Shown: piece after piece, positions 1 through 13,370 of the stretch
Layout: every line of letters starts with the position of its first letter
How positions within the stretch are numbered: position 1 is the first letter of the stretch
From: Octopus bimaculoides
Lineage: Eukaryota
DNA length: 64,000 nt
NCBI RefSeq assembly: GCF_001194135.2
Contig: NC_068989.1
Location: 41,254,234 to 41,318,233 of the forward strand
Reading direction: 5' to 3'
Made by a program: the position numbers and the translations under genes
Notes under the pieces: generated by a model
Database searches by the model: none
Seen by the model: only the letters and a program-made list of their open reading frames with translations
Told to the model about the DNA's origin: nothing

Positions 1-368
1 CCAGTGTCATTTTGACTGCAAGTTTTATGTCAGAATATCTTTCTCGGAGATCATACTCTGGTTTGTCATAACTGAATAAGGACTACACTCTCAATGAGAT
101 CCTAAGTATCACTCTTTAAACTGTCCAATGAATGGACACACACACACACACACACACGACAAGTTTTGTTTTTGTCTCTACCTACCAAATTCACTTTCAG
201 TACTTTGGTTGGCCCAGGGCTACAGTGGGTGGTATTTGCCCAAGTTGGTGTGTATTGGAATTGAACTCAGAACTGTATGGCTGGGAAATAACAGATTGGA
301 GATTTTTTTCAGGTTTAATAAAACCATACCACCTTGTTTTGCATTTATGTGCATACTTGTGTGTGTCC

Positions 369-407
<39 letters not shown>

Positions 408-2113
408 AATATACAATTTAAATATACAATTTAACATCACTCTTAAAAGTTAAGAACAAAGTTACATATAAAGTTTATTTCTCAGCCCATGGAGAGATAA
501 AACTGTAATGTAACAACTTGGCTTACTATTTACAGGGTTTATTATTGTGCTTCTTTAAAGCAGGCATGGGAAACCTTTTATGAGAAGCAGACCATGAGAC
601 AGGGCTTATCATCAGGTGAGCGATAATACTAAAAACATTCAAGGTAATTTTTCATTGGTGAGCCATTCAGAGAGTATCATGAGCCACAATTTGCCCATGA
701 ATGATTTAAAGTTTAACCTCCAACTCAAAACTATCGTCGTCATTATTTTCCATCCACTTTTCAAACTGGTATGGGTTGGATGGGTCGCCATAGTCAGAGT
801 TAGTACATATTCTTGATTATTGCTCACCAAGATGGGTCAGAAAGACTTTATCGTGCTTGTGTTTCCTTTATAGCATAGTTTGTTTGGTTGGATGTTCTTA
901 ACACCAACTACATTAGTGTGTACTGGGTGTGTTTTTCTTCATAGCACCATCACTAGAGAGGTGTCATGTCCCCAACAAGACAAAAAAGGGACCTCAGAGA
1001 AATGAACAATTAGTTTGAAAGATGATATTAGGATCTCATTCACAGTGTATGGCCCCATTCAGAATGTAGCCCTTATTCAGTTATGACAAACTGGAGCATG
1101 CAAACATTGATAAGTTTGTTTTGTTTTTTTTTTGTTTTTTTTTGCTTTTATTTGTTTTGGGGATTCTTTAGGGTTTTTTTTTATCATCAACTAATCACAT
1201 TTAACCCTTTTAATACCAGCCTAAGATAGAAACTTTCTGTTTTAAAATGATAGAAATTAAGTCCTGCCAACATAATTTTTATGTCAATTTTATGTTCCAA
1301 ATACTAGGTTAATAATGACAGTTAGCTTACTAAATTTTTCTTTATATTTCAAAAATAATTGCAACAAAGGCAGTATATTTCAGCAGAGATATGATAACAA
1401 AAGTGTTAAAAATTGATCCAATATTTGGGGGGGACCCTAACACTACCTGACAAAAACAGAACAAAAAATATACAACAATGAAAAAAAATGAAAATATAAT
1501 TACAGTTAATACCATAGGTGTGTATGAGGAAGAAATTGAAGGTGATTAAGGGATCAAGCATAAATGTCTAGACATCACCATCTTGTAAGGACAACTCAAG
1601 GATATAAAAATGATTTTGAGGGAATCAGAACAAGTTAACGTCATATTGTTTTGATACACACTGATTTCAGTCATATTGAAAGCCTTGATTCATTTCTTGA
1701 GAAGTTGTAAGATGTGGTGACTTTCATGCAATTTCAAAGAGCTTGCAGGATTTTTGTGTGACCGAAGTGAAGTGGTTCTGGCTTGAAACTGAAACCAGGT
1801 ATTGAAAATTCGGTTCGCCAAAAATTAATGGCTATATCACAGTAGTTGCCATAATACACCCACATGTACCTGTATGTTTGTGTGTATATTTATATACATA
1901 TAAACATGTGTGTGTGTATGTATGTGTATGAGTGTGTGTGTTCATGCACACATGTGTTTGTGTATAAATTAGTGATAACATTACACAAAGTATAAATAGA
2001 ATCATAACAGGGTACAAGGCTAAAAATAAAAAAAAATAAAAAACATAACATCACAGGGGAGGGAAGGGCAGCTATCAGGGTGGAGAGAGAAAAAATGCAA
2101 AACATATGCTTAC

Positions 2114-2350
2114 CACAGCTGGAGAGCAAGGAGAAGGGGTTTTGGGATCTTGCTGTTGGTCTGTAATCCCAGGTGCTGCAGCTGGGGAGGTTTGGTTGTG
2201 AGAAGGGGAAGAAGTTGAGGTGGTTGTGCGGGTGGCAGTACCCACACCACTGACAGTAACCTCAGTGGGAGAATATTTCAGGAGTGGGGAGGGACCATGA
2301 AAAAAGCCACCTTGATGGTTATTAGGTCCAGTGTTGACATCCAGCTCATT
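2114..2350 (-). CDS. Probable coding exon, Ser/Thr/Pro-rich low-complexity region (NELDVNTGPNNHQGG...PKTPSPCSPAV)
   Basis: GC-richer non-repeat island. First AG after a long T/C tract (cggcag|AAT), donor GTG|GTAAGC. 237 nt, phase 0-0, open frame (ORF 2075-2380). Linkage to the PDZ gene is inferred from strand only. Confidence 0.55.
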
Positions 2351-3481
2351 CTGCCGTGGACCACCACCGATGTTCACCAACAGAAGAAGCAGGAAATAAA
2401 AACAAGAAGAAGAAAAAAAACAAAAAAGCAGAACACATGATATATTTATTTCGTTAGATTATGTTTTTTTTTTTTTAAACAAACCTCAAGACTAAAGCAT
2501 GAAAAACAGGCAATATTTCATGACGTTTGTTGTTTACTAATTATATTCGATATATTTAAATCATAATTTCTACTTTTAAATAAAATATAGCATCCAGCCA
2601 CCAACCAACATTGAACACACATGGAATTAAAGAAGGGGTTTCTTTAAGGGTTACAGGGTTACTCAATTTGCTTGGAAGAAAAGCCAAATTTCAATTCAAA
2701 CACAAGGTAATACCCACTGTTTATAAAATGAAGTTTTTTGATGGTTTACATTTGACATTTTCACATTGATTGCGGCAATGACTGAATCTGTAAACCAGCA
2801 GACCTTCCAACCCATGCCAGCATGCTGGAAACAAGTCATTTAGTTGTTAGAATTTTAATGATGATAATGACTGAATTTTTTCTTTAAATTCTTAGAAAAA
2901 AACTATGCTCAAACAATGAAATAACCAGGGCTAGGAATCCTGATTAAAAGGTTTCTTCATTTAATTTCCAATCCCTCCAAATCAAGTTTGCTTAGAGTTC
3001 ATTACTTTTATATGACAACAACTGCAACAATAATAGCAGCTGTCAGAGAATTTCTGCATGGATAGGGCTGAAACCAAAATGTCCCCAAACAAATTGCCAG
3101 TCACTGAGGATCAAACGTCTTTCTTTTGCATTGTTATTTTAATATAGCAATAAAGATATTAATTGGCATTTTTGAAAAAGCAGTTAATTTTTAAGGAAAT
3201 GAATAGTTTTCAAGGTTGAAAGTTAAGAAAAATCAAGAACATAATATAAATAATATAATAATGATTTCAAATTTTGGCTCAAAGACAGAGATTTTGAGGA
3301 AGGGAGATAGTCAATTACATCAATCCCAGTGTCCAGCTGGTATTTGTTTTATCAACCCCAAAAAGAATGATAGGTAAAGTTGAACTCGGCAGAATTTGAA
3401 CTCAGGACAACACAAAATGCTACTAAGCATTTTGCCCCACATGCTAACGATTCTGTCAGCTCACCACCTAATTATAAAGCA

Positions 3482-3534
<53 letters not shown>

Positions 3535-3548
3535 ACACACTATCACAA

Positions 3549-3579
<31 letters not shown>

Positions 3580-3984
3580 CATATACATGAACACACACAT
3601 ACACACAACAAACAGATGTATATAGTTGGTCAAACAAGCTTGACTACCTGAATTTTATTCATATGCTTTAGATTTACACATTTTAAACACAAGAGTGTTT
3701 TATATATATGTATATTTATATATATGCAAATATTATATACACTCACACATATGTGTATACATATTAGATTTTTATTTCCTGTTTTATTTTATTAGCATTC
3801 AGAGAGTGAAAGAGAGAGAAAGTGACATCCATTATTTTGTAGAAAGGAACATACATAAGAGTAATGTACTAAGTAAACTTCACCAAAACAGAACAAAACT
3901 GAACAAAAATTTAACAAACATGTAATGGGAAGGCAAGTTGGTATGTTTTGAGGCTAAGTCAAATAGTTCAACATTTCCAATAGG

Positions 3985-4031
<47 letters not shown>

Positions 4032-5337
4032 TATATGATAAGATTGCTTAANNNNNNNNNNNNNNNNNNNNNNNNNNNNNNNNNNNNNNNNNNNNNNNNN
4101 NNNNNNNNNNNNNNNNNNNNNNNNNNNNNNNNNNNNNNNNNNNNNNNNNNNNNNNNNNNNNNNNNNNNNNNNNNNNNNNNNNNNNNNNNNNNNNNNNNNN
4201 NNNNNNNNNNNNNNNNNNNNNNNNNNNNNNNNNNNNNNNNNNNNNNNNNNNNNNNNNNNNNNNNNNNNNNNNNNNNNNNNNNNNNNNNNNNNNNNNNNNN
4301 NNNNNNNNNNNNNNNNNNNNNNNNNNNNNNNNNNNNNNNNNNNNNNNNNNNNNNNNNNNNNNNNNNNNNNNNNNNNNNNNNNNNNNNNNNNNNNNNNNNN
4401 NNNNNNNNNNNNNNNNNNNNNNNNNNNNNNNNNNNNNNNNNNNNNNNNNNNNNNNNNNNNNNNNNNNNNNNNNNNNNNNNNNTATAAGGGAGTGGACAAA
4501 TGAAAGAAGGGCACTCAACACATTTATTGAGAGTTAATTGTATCAAAATAATTTGATTCAAATTCATTCCATGGTACTTAAAGATTCAAAGCATAAGATG
4601 CTTACCCTCAGCCATTGATTTCCAATGGCTGAAGATAAGCATCTTATGCTTTGAAACTTTAAGTACCACAGAATTTGAATCAAACTGTTTTGATGCATAT
4701 ACATACAAAAGGCTTCTTTTAATTTCCATCTACCAAATTCTCTCACAAGGCTTTGGTCAGCCTTAGGCTATAGTAGAAGATATTTGCCCAAAGTGTCACA
4801 CAGTGGAACTGAATCCAGAACTATGTGGTTGGGAAGCAAACTTCTTACCACACAGCCATCCCTGTTCCTCTGTGTGTGTGTGTGTGTGTGTGTGAACTTT
4901 AGGTGAGTTGAGATATGTTTGTGACATATTTCAACTTCTAAAGACAAATTCACTGTAGTTACCATGGAGGAAAAATTCTCTTGTATAGAAAAGGTGTGAA
5001 AACATCATGGCAGGAAGTAGAAGCTAGAGATTTATAACAGAGAAGGCAACAGGGAGTTTCTATAACACAAACTACAGGCTGTTTCAAACTACATCTGTGG
5101 TTGTTGCAAGTTTCCAGCTAGCCAGACTGGTTCTATAGACAGAGCTATAAAGTCTTTATCTAAATAACTATTCTGGAAAGATTAGAAGGTGACAGCTGAG
5201 AACATTATCAAGTAACTAGAAGAGAAATGAGACATAGTTTGTCAAATAAACAACAGTGTTTCCAATATCAAAACAGCATATTTTAAGGTTAGCAATGTTA
5301 AGATCATTTCTGCTGAGAAACCTGAATTTCTCAGCTA

Positions 5338-5377
<40 letters not shown>

Positions 5378-5897
5378 GGGGAATGGCTGAGTTGGCATCT
5401 ATACATTAGTATGTATATGTTATTTAACTTGGTTCAGTCATTGGACTGCAGCCATGCTACTAAGGCATTACCTTAGAAGGTTTTTCTTTTTTTAACTTCA
5501 ACAGATTGACCCCCAGAACTTTTTTTAAGTCTGGTACTTATATTATCAGTTCCTTTTGCTGAACAGCTAAATCATGGGGACATAAACAACCAACACTGCG
5601 TATGAATTCAAAGTGTGCCATGGTAAGCAGGCACAACATGAAGAACTGTAGCAAAAAAAAAAACCCACCAATATATGATCATGTGATCACTAGTGTCACT
5701 TCATAATCTTAGAATTTCTCATTTTCTGTACTTCTTTTTGGCAAGATTAAAAGGATAATAATAATAATAATAATAATAATGGTTTCAAATTTTGGCATAA
5801 GGCCAGCAATTTTAGGGAGGGGTTAAGTCAATTATATTGACCCCAGTGTTCAACTGGTATTTATTTTATTGAATTGAAATCGTGATTGAACCAATTT

Positions 5898-6340
5898 CGA
5901 TGACTGGCACCTGTGCCAGTGGAGCGCTAAGAGCACCATCCGAGCTGCCAGAACAGTTGTCTGGCTTCCATGCTAGTGGCACGTAAATAGCACCATTTGA
6001 GCGTGATCATTACCAGCATCGCCTTACTGGCACGTGAAAAAAACATTCGAGCAAGGTCATTGCCAGTGCCGCTGAACTGGCTCCTGTGCAGGTGGCACGT
6101 AAAGAACACCATTTTGAGTGTAGCCGTTGCCAGTACCAGCTGACTGGCCCTTGTGCCGGTGGCACGTAAAAGCACCCACTACACTCTTGGAGTGGTTGGC
6201 GTTAGGAAGGACATCCAGCTGTAGAAACTCTGCCAGATCAGATTGGAGCCTGGTGCAGCCATCTGGTTTGCCAGTCTTCAGTCAAATCGTCCAACCCATG
6301 CTAGCATGGAAGGCAGACGTTAAACGATGATGATGATGAC
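5898..6340 (+). mobile_element. 3' end of the abundant RTE-type LINE
   Basis: Repeated tggcacgtaaaagcacc subunits, ttaggaaggacatccagctgtagaaa, cccatgctagcatggaa..cgttaaacgatgatgatg tail; same sequence as the 3' end at 55040. Confidence 0.8.
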
Positions 6341-6344
6341 TCTG

Positions 6345-6990
6345 AAGGGATGAAAGGTAAAGTTGACTTTGACAGAATTTCAACTCAGAATGTAAAGATG
6401 GACAAAATGCTGCTAAGCATTTTACCTGGTGTGCTAACGATTCTGCCTTAATAGTAATAATCTTTTCAACTAAAGGCACAAGGCTAGAAATTTGTGGGGA
6501 ACGAGAAAGTGAATTACATTGACCCCAGAACTCTACTGGTACTTATTTTATCAATCCCAAAAGGATGAAAGGCAAAGTCAACCTCAGTGGGATTTGAACT
6601 CAGTATGTAAAGATGGACAAAATTCTGCTAAGCATTTTGCCCAGTGTGCTAACGATTCTGCCAGTTCACTGCTTTAATAATAATCCTTTCTGCCAAAGGC
6701 ACAAGGCCTGAAATTTGGGGTAAAGGGACTAGTCGATTACATTGACCCCAGTGTTTCACTGGTACTTAATTTATCAACCCCTAAAGGATGAACAGTAAAA
6801 AGTCAACCTTGGCAGAATTTGAACTCAGAACCTGAAGACACATGAAATATCACTAAGTATTTTGCCCGGCATGCTAACAATTGTGCCAGCTCCCTGTCTT
6901 AATAATAATAATAATAATAATAACTCTTTGTACTATAGGCACAAAGCATGAAATTTGACGGGGGAGTCGAGACAATTGCATCAACTCCAG
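6345..6990 (-). mobile_element. Head-to-tail cluster of family-2 SINEs with (AAT)n tails
   Basis: About three successive copies of aggcacaagg..aaatt..attgaccccag..ggtact..aaaggatgaaaggcaaagtcaacct..atttgaactcagaa..gctaagcattttgcc..gctaacgattctgcc. Similar clusters or copies at 12560-13370, 13850-14700, 3260-3470, 30850-31050, 35570-36010, 44690-45360 and 61050-61250. Confidence 0.8.
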
Positions 6991-7914
6991 TGTTTAACTG
7001 GTACAGGAATCCCTCACTTTACAGAAGTAATGCATTCCTGAAAATCTGGCTATAACACAAAATTCCATAATGCAAAATAATTTTCTTATTGATTTGCGTT
7101 TCCCTATCAATTTTCATATTACCAAGTGAGCTTGCATTCCTATAGACATTTCCAGAAAAAAAGTAGCACAAGAAAACAAGAAACAAGGAGAATGATCGCT
7201 CATGTACATGAAAATAGCAATTTCTAAACACACAGTGCAGCATAGATACATAAAAACACAAAAACATTTCTTTCAAGAGGAATTAGTTGGGGAATTATTA
7301 TTAATCATTGTAATATCATAAGAGTACAATCTTACCACAAAAGATGTTGACTACTGTATGAGGGGAGGTGGTAGAATGAGTGTTACTAGGAAGATGAGGG
7401 AAAATCACTTTTGGAGGTGAAGAACTTTGTTGTTTGTTATTTATGAAGCATCATTTCTTTGTACAGCTCCGTATAGGAACTGAATTTATTGCAAACTCGT
7501 CATGTAATTTTTATGTTACATTCATGATTAAGATCATTATCAGCAAAAACCTGCAGACCTTCTGCTATAACTGCTAACCCATTAGCAATATTTTTTGTAG
7601 TGAATTTAAGTGGTTTAGAAGGAACTTCCATTGTCTCATCTATATTCTCAGTTAGTTCTTTTTCTAACAGCTTAAGCTCCGCTAAGGATAAACTTTCTGT
7701 CTGGGACATTAACAGCTCAATCACATAATCCTCTACGATTTCTTCAAATCCTACGTTCGTTGTAAGTGTCACGATATTGTTCCGAATTTGGAGACTTTCT
7801 GCTTGAAGAACTTGTACTATGAACAGATACAGACTGGTCATATTTATTCTTTCCCAAGTACTTTTCAAAGTTGAAGGTTTTGCTTCATCTAAGACTCAGT
7901 TATATTATCTACAG

Positions 7915-8255
7915 CATAGGTTCTCAAAGTGGTTGCTACCGCCTCCTGGTGGGCATTCCAATGGTCCAAGTGGGCGCTGGTGCCTAANNNNNNNNNNNNN
8001 NNNNNGGGGGTTAGAGAAAAAGGAGGCATTGGGAGGAAGGCAGTGGATTGGGGGATGCTATGAATTTATTATGATATTATTATAGTATTGAATACAAATT
8101 ATAAAGTATTATATTGAATATCAAATGATTCAAAGTATATATAAATTAGTAAAATATAAAATATTTATTCATACATAAAAAAATAGAGATAGGGGTACTG
8201 AGGGTATTATGTGGCCATGAGGTGGACGGTGGCTCATAAAGTTTGAGAACTTCTG
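7915..8255. mobile_element. hAT/Charlie-like MITE inserted in the Tigger remnant
   Basis: Terminal inverted repeats cataggttctcaaag ... gtttgagaacttctg; non-coding AT-rich interior. Confidence 0.6.
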
Positions 8256-8744
8256 ATATACAGCGTCCATTATGTTGAATTTCTTCCAGAAATTTCTAAT
8301 TGTAGGTTTATCCACCCTGTCAATTACTTTCAGATGTTGTTTGAAAATTCTTCTCATATAATATACCCTGTGATTAGCTATCACAACTTGATATATTGGC
8401 TAGTACAAAGAAGATGAATTCTTGGGGATATATTCTACTCTCATATTATTAGAAAGGTCATCTAAGTTTGCTGAGTGGCTCAGTACATTGTCGAAATGAA
8501 GCAGCGCTTTGCTGGAAATACTGTCTGACATTGTACCTTTCTACTGCAGGATGGAAAAACGTTTGTAAACCACTTTTTGAAAAGGCTCTTAGTCAGCCAT
8601 GCCTTCTTATTTGAACAACAAATCAGAGGTAGATTAAATTTTGTGTAACCCTTAAAAGTCCTGAGACTTTCAGAGTGATACATGATTAGGGACCTTTAAT
8701 TTCATATCACCAGCAATATTTCCTTCCAAAAGAAGTTTCAGATG

Positions 8745-9092
8745 ATTGGCCGTCGCCAGTACCACCTGACTGGCCTTCGTAGGATTTTCGAGCGAGATCG
8801 TTGCCAGTGCCCCTGGACTGGCTCTTGTGCGGGTGGCACATAAAATACACCATTTTGAGCATGGCCATTGCCAGTACTGCCTGACTGGCCTTTGTGTGGG
8901 TGATACGTAAAAGCACCCACTACACTCTCTGAGTGGTTGGCGTTAGGAAGGGCATCCAGCTGTAGAAACTCAGCCAAATCAGATTGGAGCCTGATGTTGC
9001 CATCCGGTTTCACCAGTCCTCAGTCAAATCGTCCAACCCATGCTAGCACGGAAAACGGACGTTAAACGATGATGATGATGATGATGATGATG
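8745..9092 (+). mobile_element. 3' end of the RTE-type LINE, inserted in the Tigger remnant
   Basis: Same 3' UTR and (GAT)n tail as the 5898 and 55040 copies. Confidence 0.8.
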
Positions 9093-9964
9093 TTGATTAA
9101 ACTCTGGTGTTGATTTTTCTTCTCAAGAAATAAAAGTTCTAGCGGGCATGCACTTCCAGAAAAGTGAAGTCTCATTACATTGTATATTTGCTCTGCTGTA
9201 TAGTCCCCTTAAGCAATCATTTTCATCAACTGCTCAGATTTATTAGTAGCAGCCTCTGTGTCAACATTCACAGTTTCACCAGTCATTTTTATGTTCTGCA
9301 AATTTATGCACTCCTTACACCTTTCAATCCAGCCTTTACCAGCCAAAAAGGGATTTTCATTAGAAGTTTCACCTTCTTTTTTCAGCAAATCATCATATGA
9401 ACTTTTGGCTCTGTTTTGAATTACCATCATATTTATCGGTACATTATACCAATTCTGATCCCCAATTCATACACACAAGAGTTGTTCCATTTTAAGCATT
9501 ACATTAGATCTATGAAAAAATAGGGTCCAGACAGTTAATAGAGTAGCTTCTTGCAGCTGTCATGTGTTGTTCTCACTGTGGACATTGCAAGATTTAATGT
9601 TTTGGCAAATTTAGTTTTACTTCCACATCAAAACTTTTTAAAATAGCAAGTTTAATATACAGTGTAATCCCTTTATGGTTTCTTTACATACCACTGCCTT
9701 CAGGTTGATTTGATAACTTCTTTCCAAAAGCTGTGCAATTAATTATCTACAACAAATATGTATTTAAAAAAAATTGGCTTAGGAAAGATCTAATTTGTGA
9801 AAGCAGAAAATTGTCTTTTTCCTAAGGATGCAGTAATGAAAATGAGATGAAAAAGTGAAGGAGTGAGGAAGAGAAAGTACTATATGATTACAGTTAGCTG
9901 AAGGGGAACTTCCGATTTAATACTTTTGTTACCAAACTGGCTCTGGCTCTGAATACAAATATCT

Positions 9965-10381
9965 TACTCTTACTCTCTTTTACTTGGTTCAGTCATTTGA
10001 CTGTGGCCATGCTGAAGCACCGCCTTTTAGTCAAGCAAATCGACCCCAGGACTTATTCTTTGTAAGCCTAGTATTTATTCTATCAGTCTCTTTTACCGAA
10101 CTGCTAAGTTACGGGGACGTAAACGCACCAGCATCAGTTGTCAAGCGATGTTGGGGGGACAAACACAGACACACAAACACACACACATATATATATATAC
10201 ATATACATATACATATATACGACGGGCTTCTTTCAGTTTCCATCTACCAAATCTACTCACAGGGCTTTGGTCGGCCCGAGGCTATAGTGGAAAACACTTG
10301 CCCAAGGTGCTACGCAGTAGGACTGAACCCAGAACCCTGTGGTTGGTAAGCAAGCTACTTACCACACAGCCACTCCTGCGC
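9965..10381 (-). mobile_element. tRNA-derived SINE, family 1 (internal CA/TA microsatellite, (TAAAAGAG)n-type tail)
   Basis: Head gcgcaggagtggctgtgtggtaag..gggttcagtcc on the minus strand. Near-identical copies at 54538-54937 (-) and 31555-32220 (-); diverged copies at 28715-29077 (-), 39585-39965 (+), 56515-56836 (+) and 4700-4865 (-). Confidence 0.85.
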
Positions 10382-10962
10382 TTGTCTTGTTTTCATAAGT
10401 TTTGAATTAAAATCTTCCGCCAAACCTTAGCCACAATTTATGTTCCTAACACTACCCGAATGATAACTAAGTTATTTTATTAAATTCTTTGTTATATTTA
10501 AAATAATTGAAAGAAACACCGAGCATCTCAAAATATATACAGTAACGAAAGGGTTAAGACATAAATACACAGACACACTCATACATACACACAGACACAC
10601 TCATACATACACACAGACACACTCATACATACACACAGACAAACACACTCGTTCACACATGTGTTGGTGTACATGCTGATATCTATTGTAGCCAGTTGGA
10701 TTCAAAAGTTGGTGGATTGATAGTGGAGATGATGTGGTTTACATTGGTTAAGACATTAGTGATGGTGGGTGGATAATGTTGGTGTTGTGGTGGTTATATT
10801 GTTCTTGCTAACTGGATTGTTATGGCTGTTTAGTCTCAAGTCAATCCTTATACCTAAGATGAAAAACATTTCATTCAACTTTTAAAATACACTAGGATAC
10901 CACATTATATGTTGTTATTTGAAATGGCTTTGCTTTTCTATCTCATACAATATATTATTGTA

Positions 10963-12213
10963 TGAGGTAGTGTGGGCTGAAAAGTTTATAAGATGACTAT
11001 AAAGGAGTGATGCTAGAGCTGTGCAATTGTGCATGCATTAATTTCAGCTCTTCTTATTAATGACTGCATCATTTATTTCCAGCCAAACTGACATCTGACT
11101 GTTCAAAGAAGACTTCAAAAGTAACTAGTAATGACTTCACTTGAAAATCAACAAAATTTGGCATCATGGTGTTACGAAGTACCTCCAAAGATATTCATGC
11201 TGATATGGTAGCTATATTAGGGGATGATGCTCCAGTTTTATTATCGGTGGAAAAGTGGGCAACTAAATTTAGGAGGGGAAGGGGGAGTCTTGAAGATGAC
11301 CCAAATTCTGGACATCTTGCAACTGCCACCACCAAGGAAAACATTTATTGTGTTCACCACATGGTGATGGGTGACAGGTGATTAACTATTATTCAAATAA
11401 CCAATGTAATAAGCATATCCTGTGAGAGAGTTGAGAATATTCTGCACAATCAACATGGCATGACAAACGTTTCTGTTCAGTGGGTGCCACATCTTCTGAC
11501 ATCTGATCAAAAGTATGCCAGGCTGATCACATCACAGAAAAATCTGATATTGTTTGAGACAGATCCATCAGGTTTCCTTAAATGTTTCCTAACCTAGAGT
11601 GAGTGTTGGGTTCATCACTTTGTGCCAGAGACAAAGAGACAGTCCATGCAGCGGAAACACCCTTTCTCCCCTGCTCCAAAGATGACCGTGGTCATTTCAT
11701 CTGCAGAGAAGGTGATGGTCATGGTTTTTTGAGATGCAAAAGACATTGTGTTTATAGACTATCTTCAAAAGAATCACACCATCAACAGAAAGTACTATGC
11801 CAACTTGCTGAGGCAGTTATGAAAGGATATCAAGACCAAATACCGAGGAAAACTGATGAAAGAGATCTTGTTTCATCGGGACAATGCTCCAGCACACAAG
11901 TCTTTGGATTTGAACTGGTTGATCCCCCTTCCTGTTATCCCGACTTGGCATCCTTCCGACTATCATCTGTTCCCCAACATGAAAAAAACTTGGCTGGGAA
12001 ACAGTATCACAGAGATGATGACATCATATCTGTTGCTGATGACTTTCTTGTCAAACAAGATGAAAGCTTCTTGACCAATGGGATCCAAGCACTGCAGCAC
12101 CAATGTAAGAATTGTGTGGACCACAAGGGGCATTATGTGGAAAAATAAATGTCATTTGGTCACACTCCTTGACAGTATGTTGGTCAGCTTATGAGCTTTT
12201 CAACCAACCCTCA
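10963..12213 (+). mobile_element. Full-length but decayed mariner transposon (Mos1/SETMAR-like transposase pseudogene)
   Basis: TA-flanked TIRs (tgaggtagtgtgggctgaaaag / cttttcaaccaaccctca), ~1.25 kb. Frameshifted ORFs 11166-11381, 11603-12148 and 11856-12074 carry HRDNAPAH and HPSDYHLFPNMKK motifs. Confidence 0.9.
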
Positions 12214-12218
12214 TACAT

Positions 12219-12270
<52 letters not shown>

Positions 12271-12559
12271 CTTATATACTCACATCATGTACATATCTAA
12301 AATGCATGTGTGCAACATGGGGATAGATTTTCAAATCATTAACTATATATTTTGATCTTAACTAAAACACAAATGACCACTGAAGAAGAAAGTGTACTTT
12401 TAAAATGTTAACAATATGAGTTTCCATAAGAGCAAAATTACAGACCATATCCCAGAATTAAAGGTCACACTTTACAATTTCTGTAAGCACAAAATCCTAT
12501 AACCTGAGATAGCTGTATTGCAAGAGGATGCCTTTATTTATCTTATCAGCCCTGAAATG

Positions 12560-13370
12560 AAGAAATGCAAAGTTAACCTCAGCAGAATTTGTACTTAGAA
12601 TATGAATTTGAACTCAGAATCATTAGCACACTGGACAAAATGCTTAGCAGCATTTTGTCCAGTATGCTAACAATTCTACCAGCTCACCACCTTAATAATA
12701 ATAATAAATGTTTCAGATTTCGGCATAAGGTCTGCAATTTTTAGTGGAAAGGGGTAAGTCAGTTAGATTGACTTCCCTGCTCAACTAATACTTATTTTAT
12801 CAATCCCAAAAGGATGAAAGACAAAGTCAGCCTTGGCAGAATTTGAACTCAGAACATAAAGAGTTAAAAGAAATGCCACCTAGCATTTTGTCAAACATGC
12901 TAACAATTCTGCCAACTCAATCATTATCATCATCATCATTTTGATTGATAAAAATAATAATTTCTGATTTAGGCTCACGGCCAGCAATTTTGAGAGATGG
13001 GGTTGGTTGAAACTATTTATGGTATCAACCCTGGAAGGATGGAAGACAAACTTGACCCTGGCAGGATTTGAACTCAGAATGCAAAGTACTGGAACAAATA
13101 GCACAAGTGTATTTTGTTCAAAGTTCCAATGATTATGTCATAATAATGCTTTCAAATTTTGACACAAGGCCAGCAGGTTCGAGGGAGGGGTTAAATCGGT
13201 TACATCAACCCCAGTGTTCAACTGGTACTTATTTCACTGACCCTGAAAACATGGAAGGCAAAATCGACTACGGTGGAATTTGAACTCTCAACATAAAGAC
13301 AGATGAAATGCTGCTAAGCATTTTGCCCAACACAGTAACAATTTTGCCACCTTGTCACCTTATGTTTATG
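12560..13370 (-). mobile_element. Head-to-tail cluster of family-2 SINEs
   Basis: Repeated family-2 bodies separated by aataataat / catcatcat runs. Confidence 0.75.

Larger units (their letters stand above)
7004..9640 (-). mobile_element. Decayed Tigger/pogo (Tc1-mariner superfamily) DNA transposon with nested insertions
   Basis: ORF fragments 9209-9430 (FLAGKGWIERCK, CENP-B-like HTH region), 8480-8683 (SNKKAWLTKSLFKKWF, DDE_1-like), 8169-8384 and 7500-7868. TA followed by a caggaatccctcac TIR-like end at 7004. Right boundary approximate. Confidence 0.8.

Noticed and set aside
3954-4567. Long ORFs containing X runs (also 23026-23622, 46146-46746, 55126-56026)
   Set aside because: Artefacts of N gaps; only the RTE part of 55207-56286 is real TE sequence.
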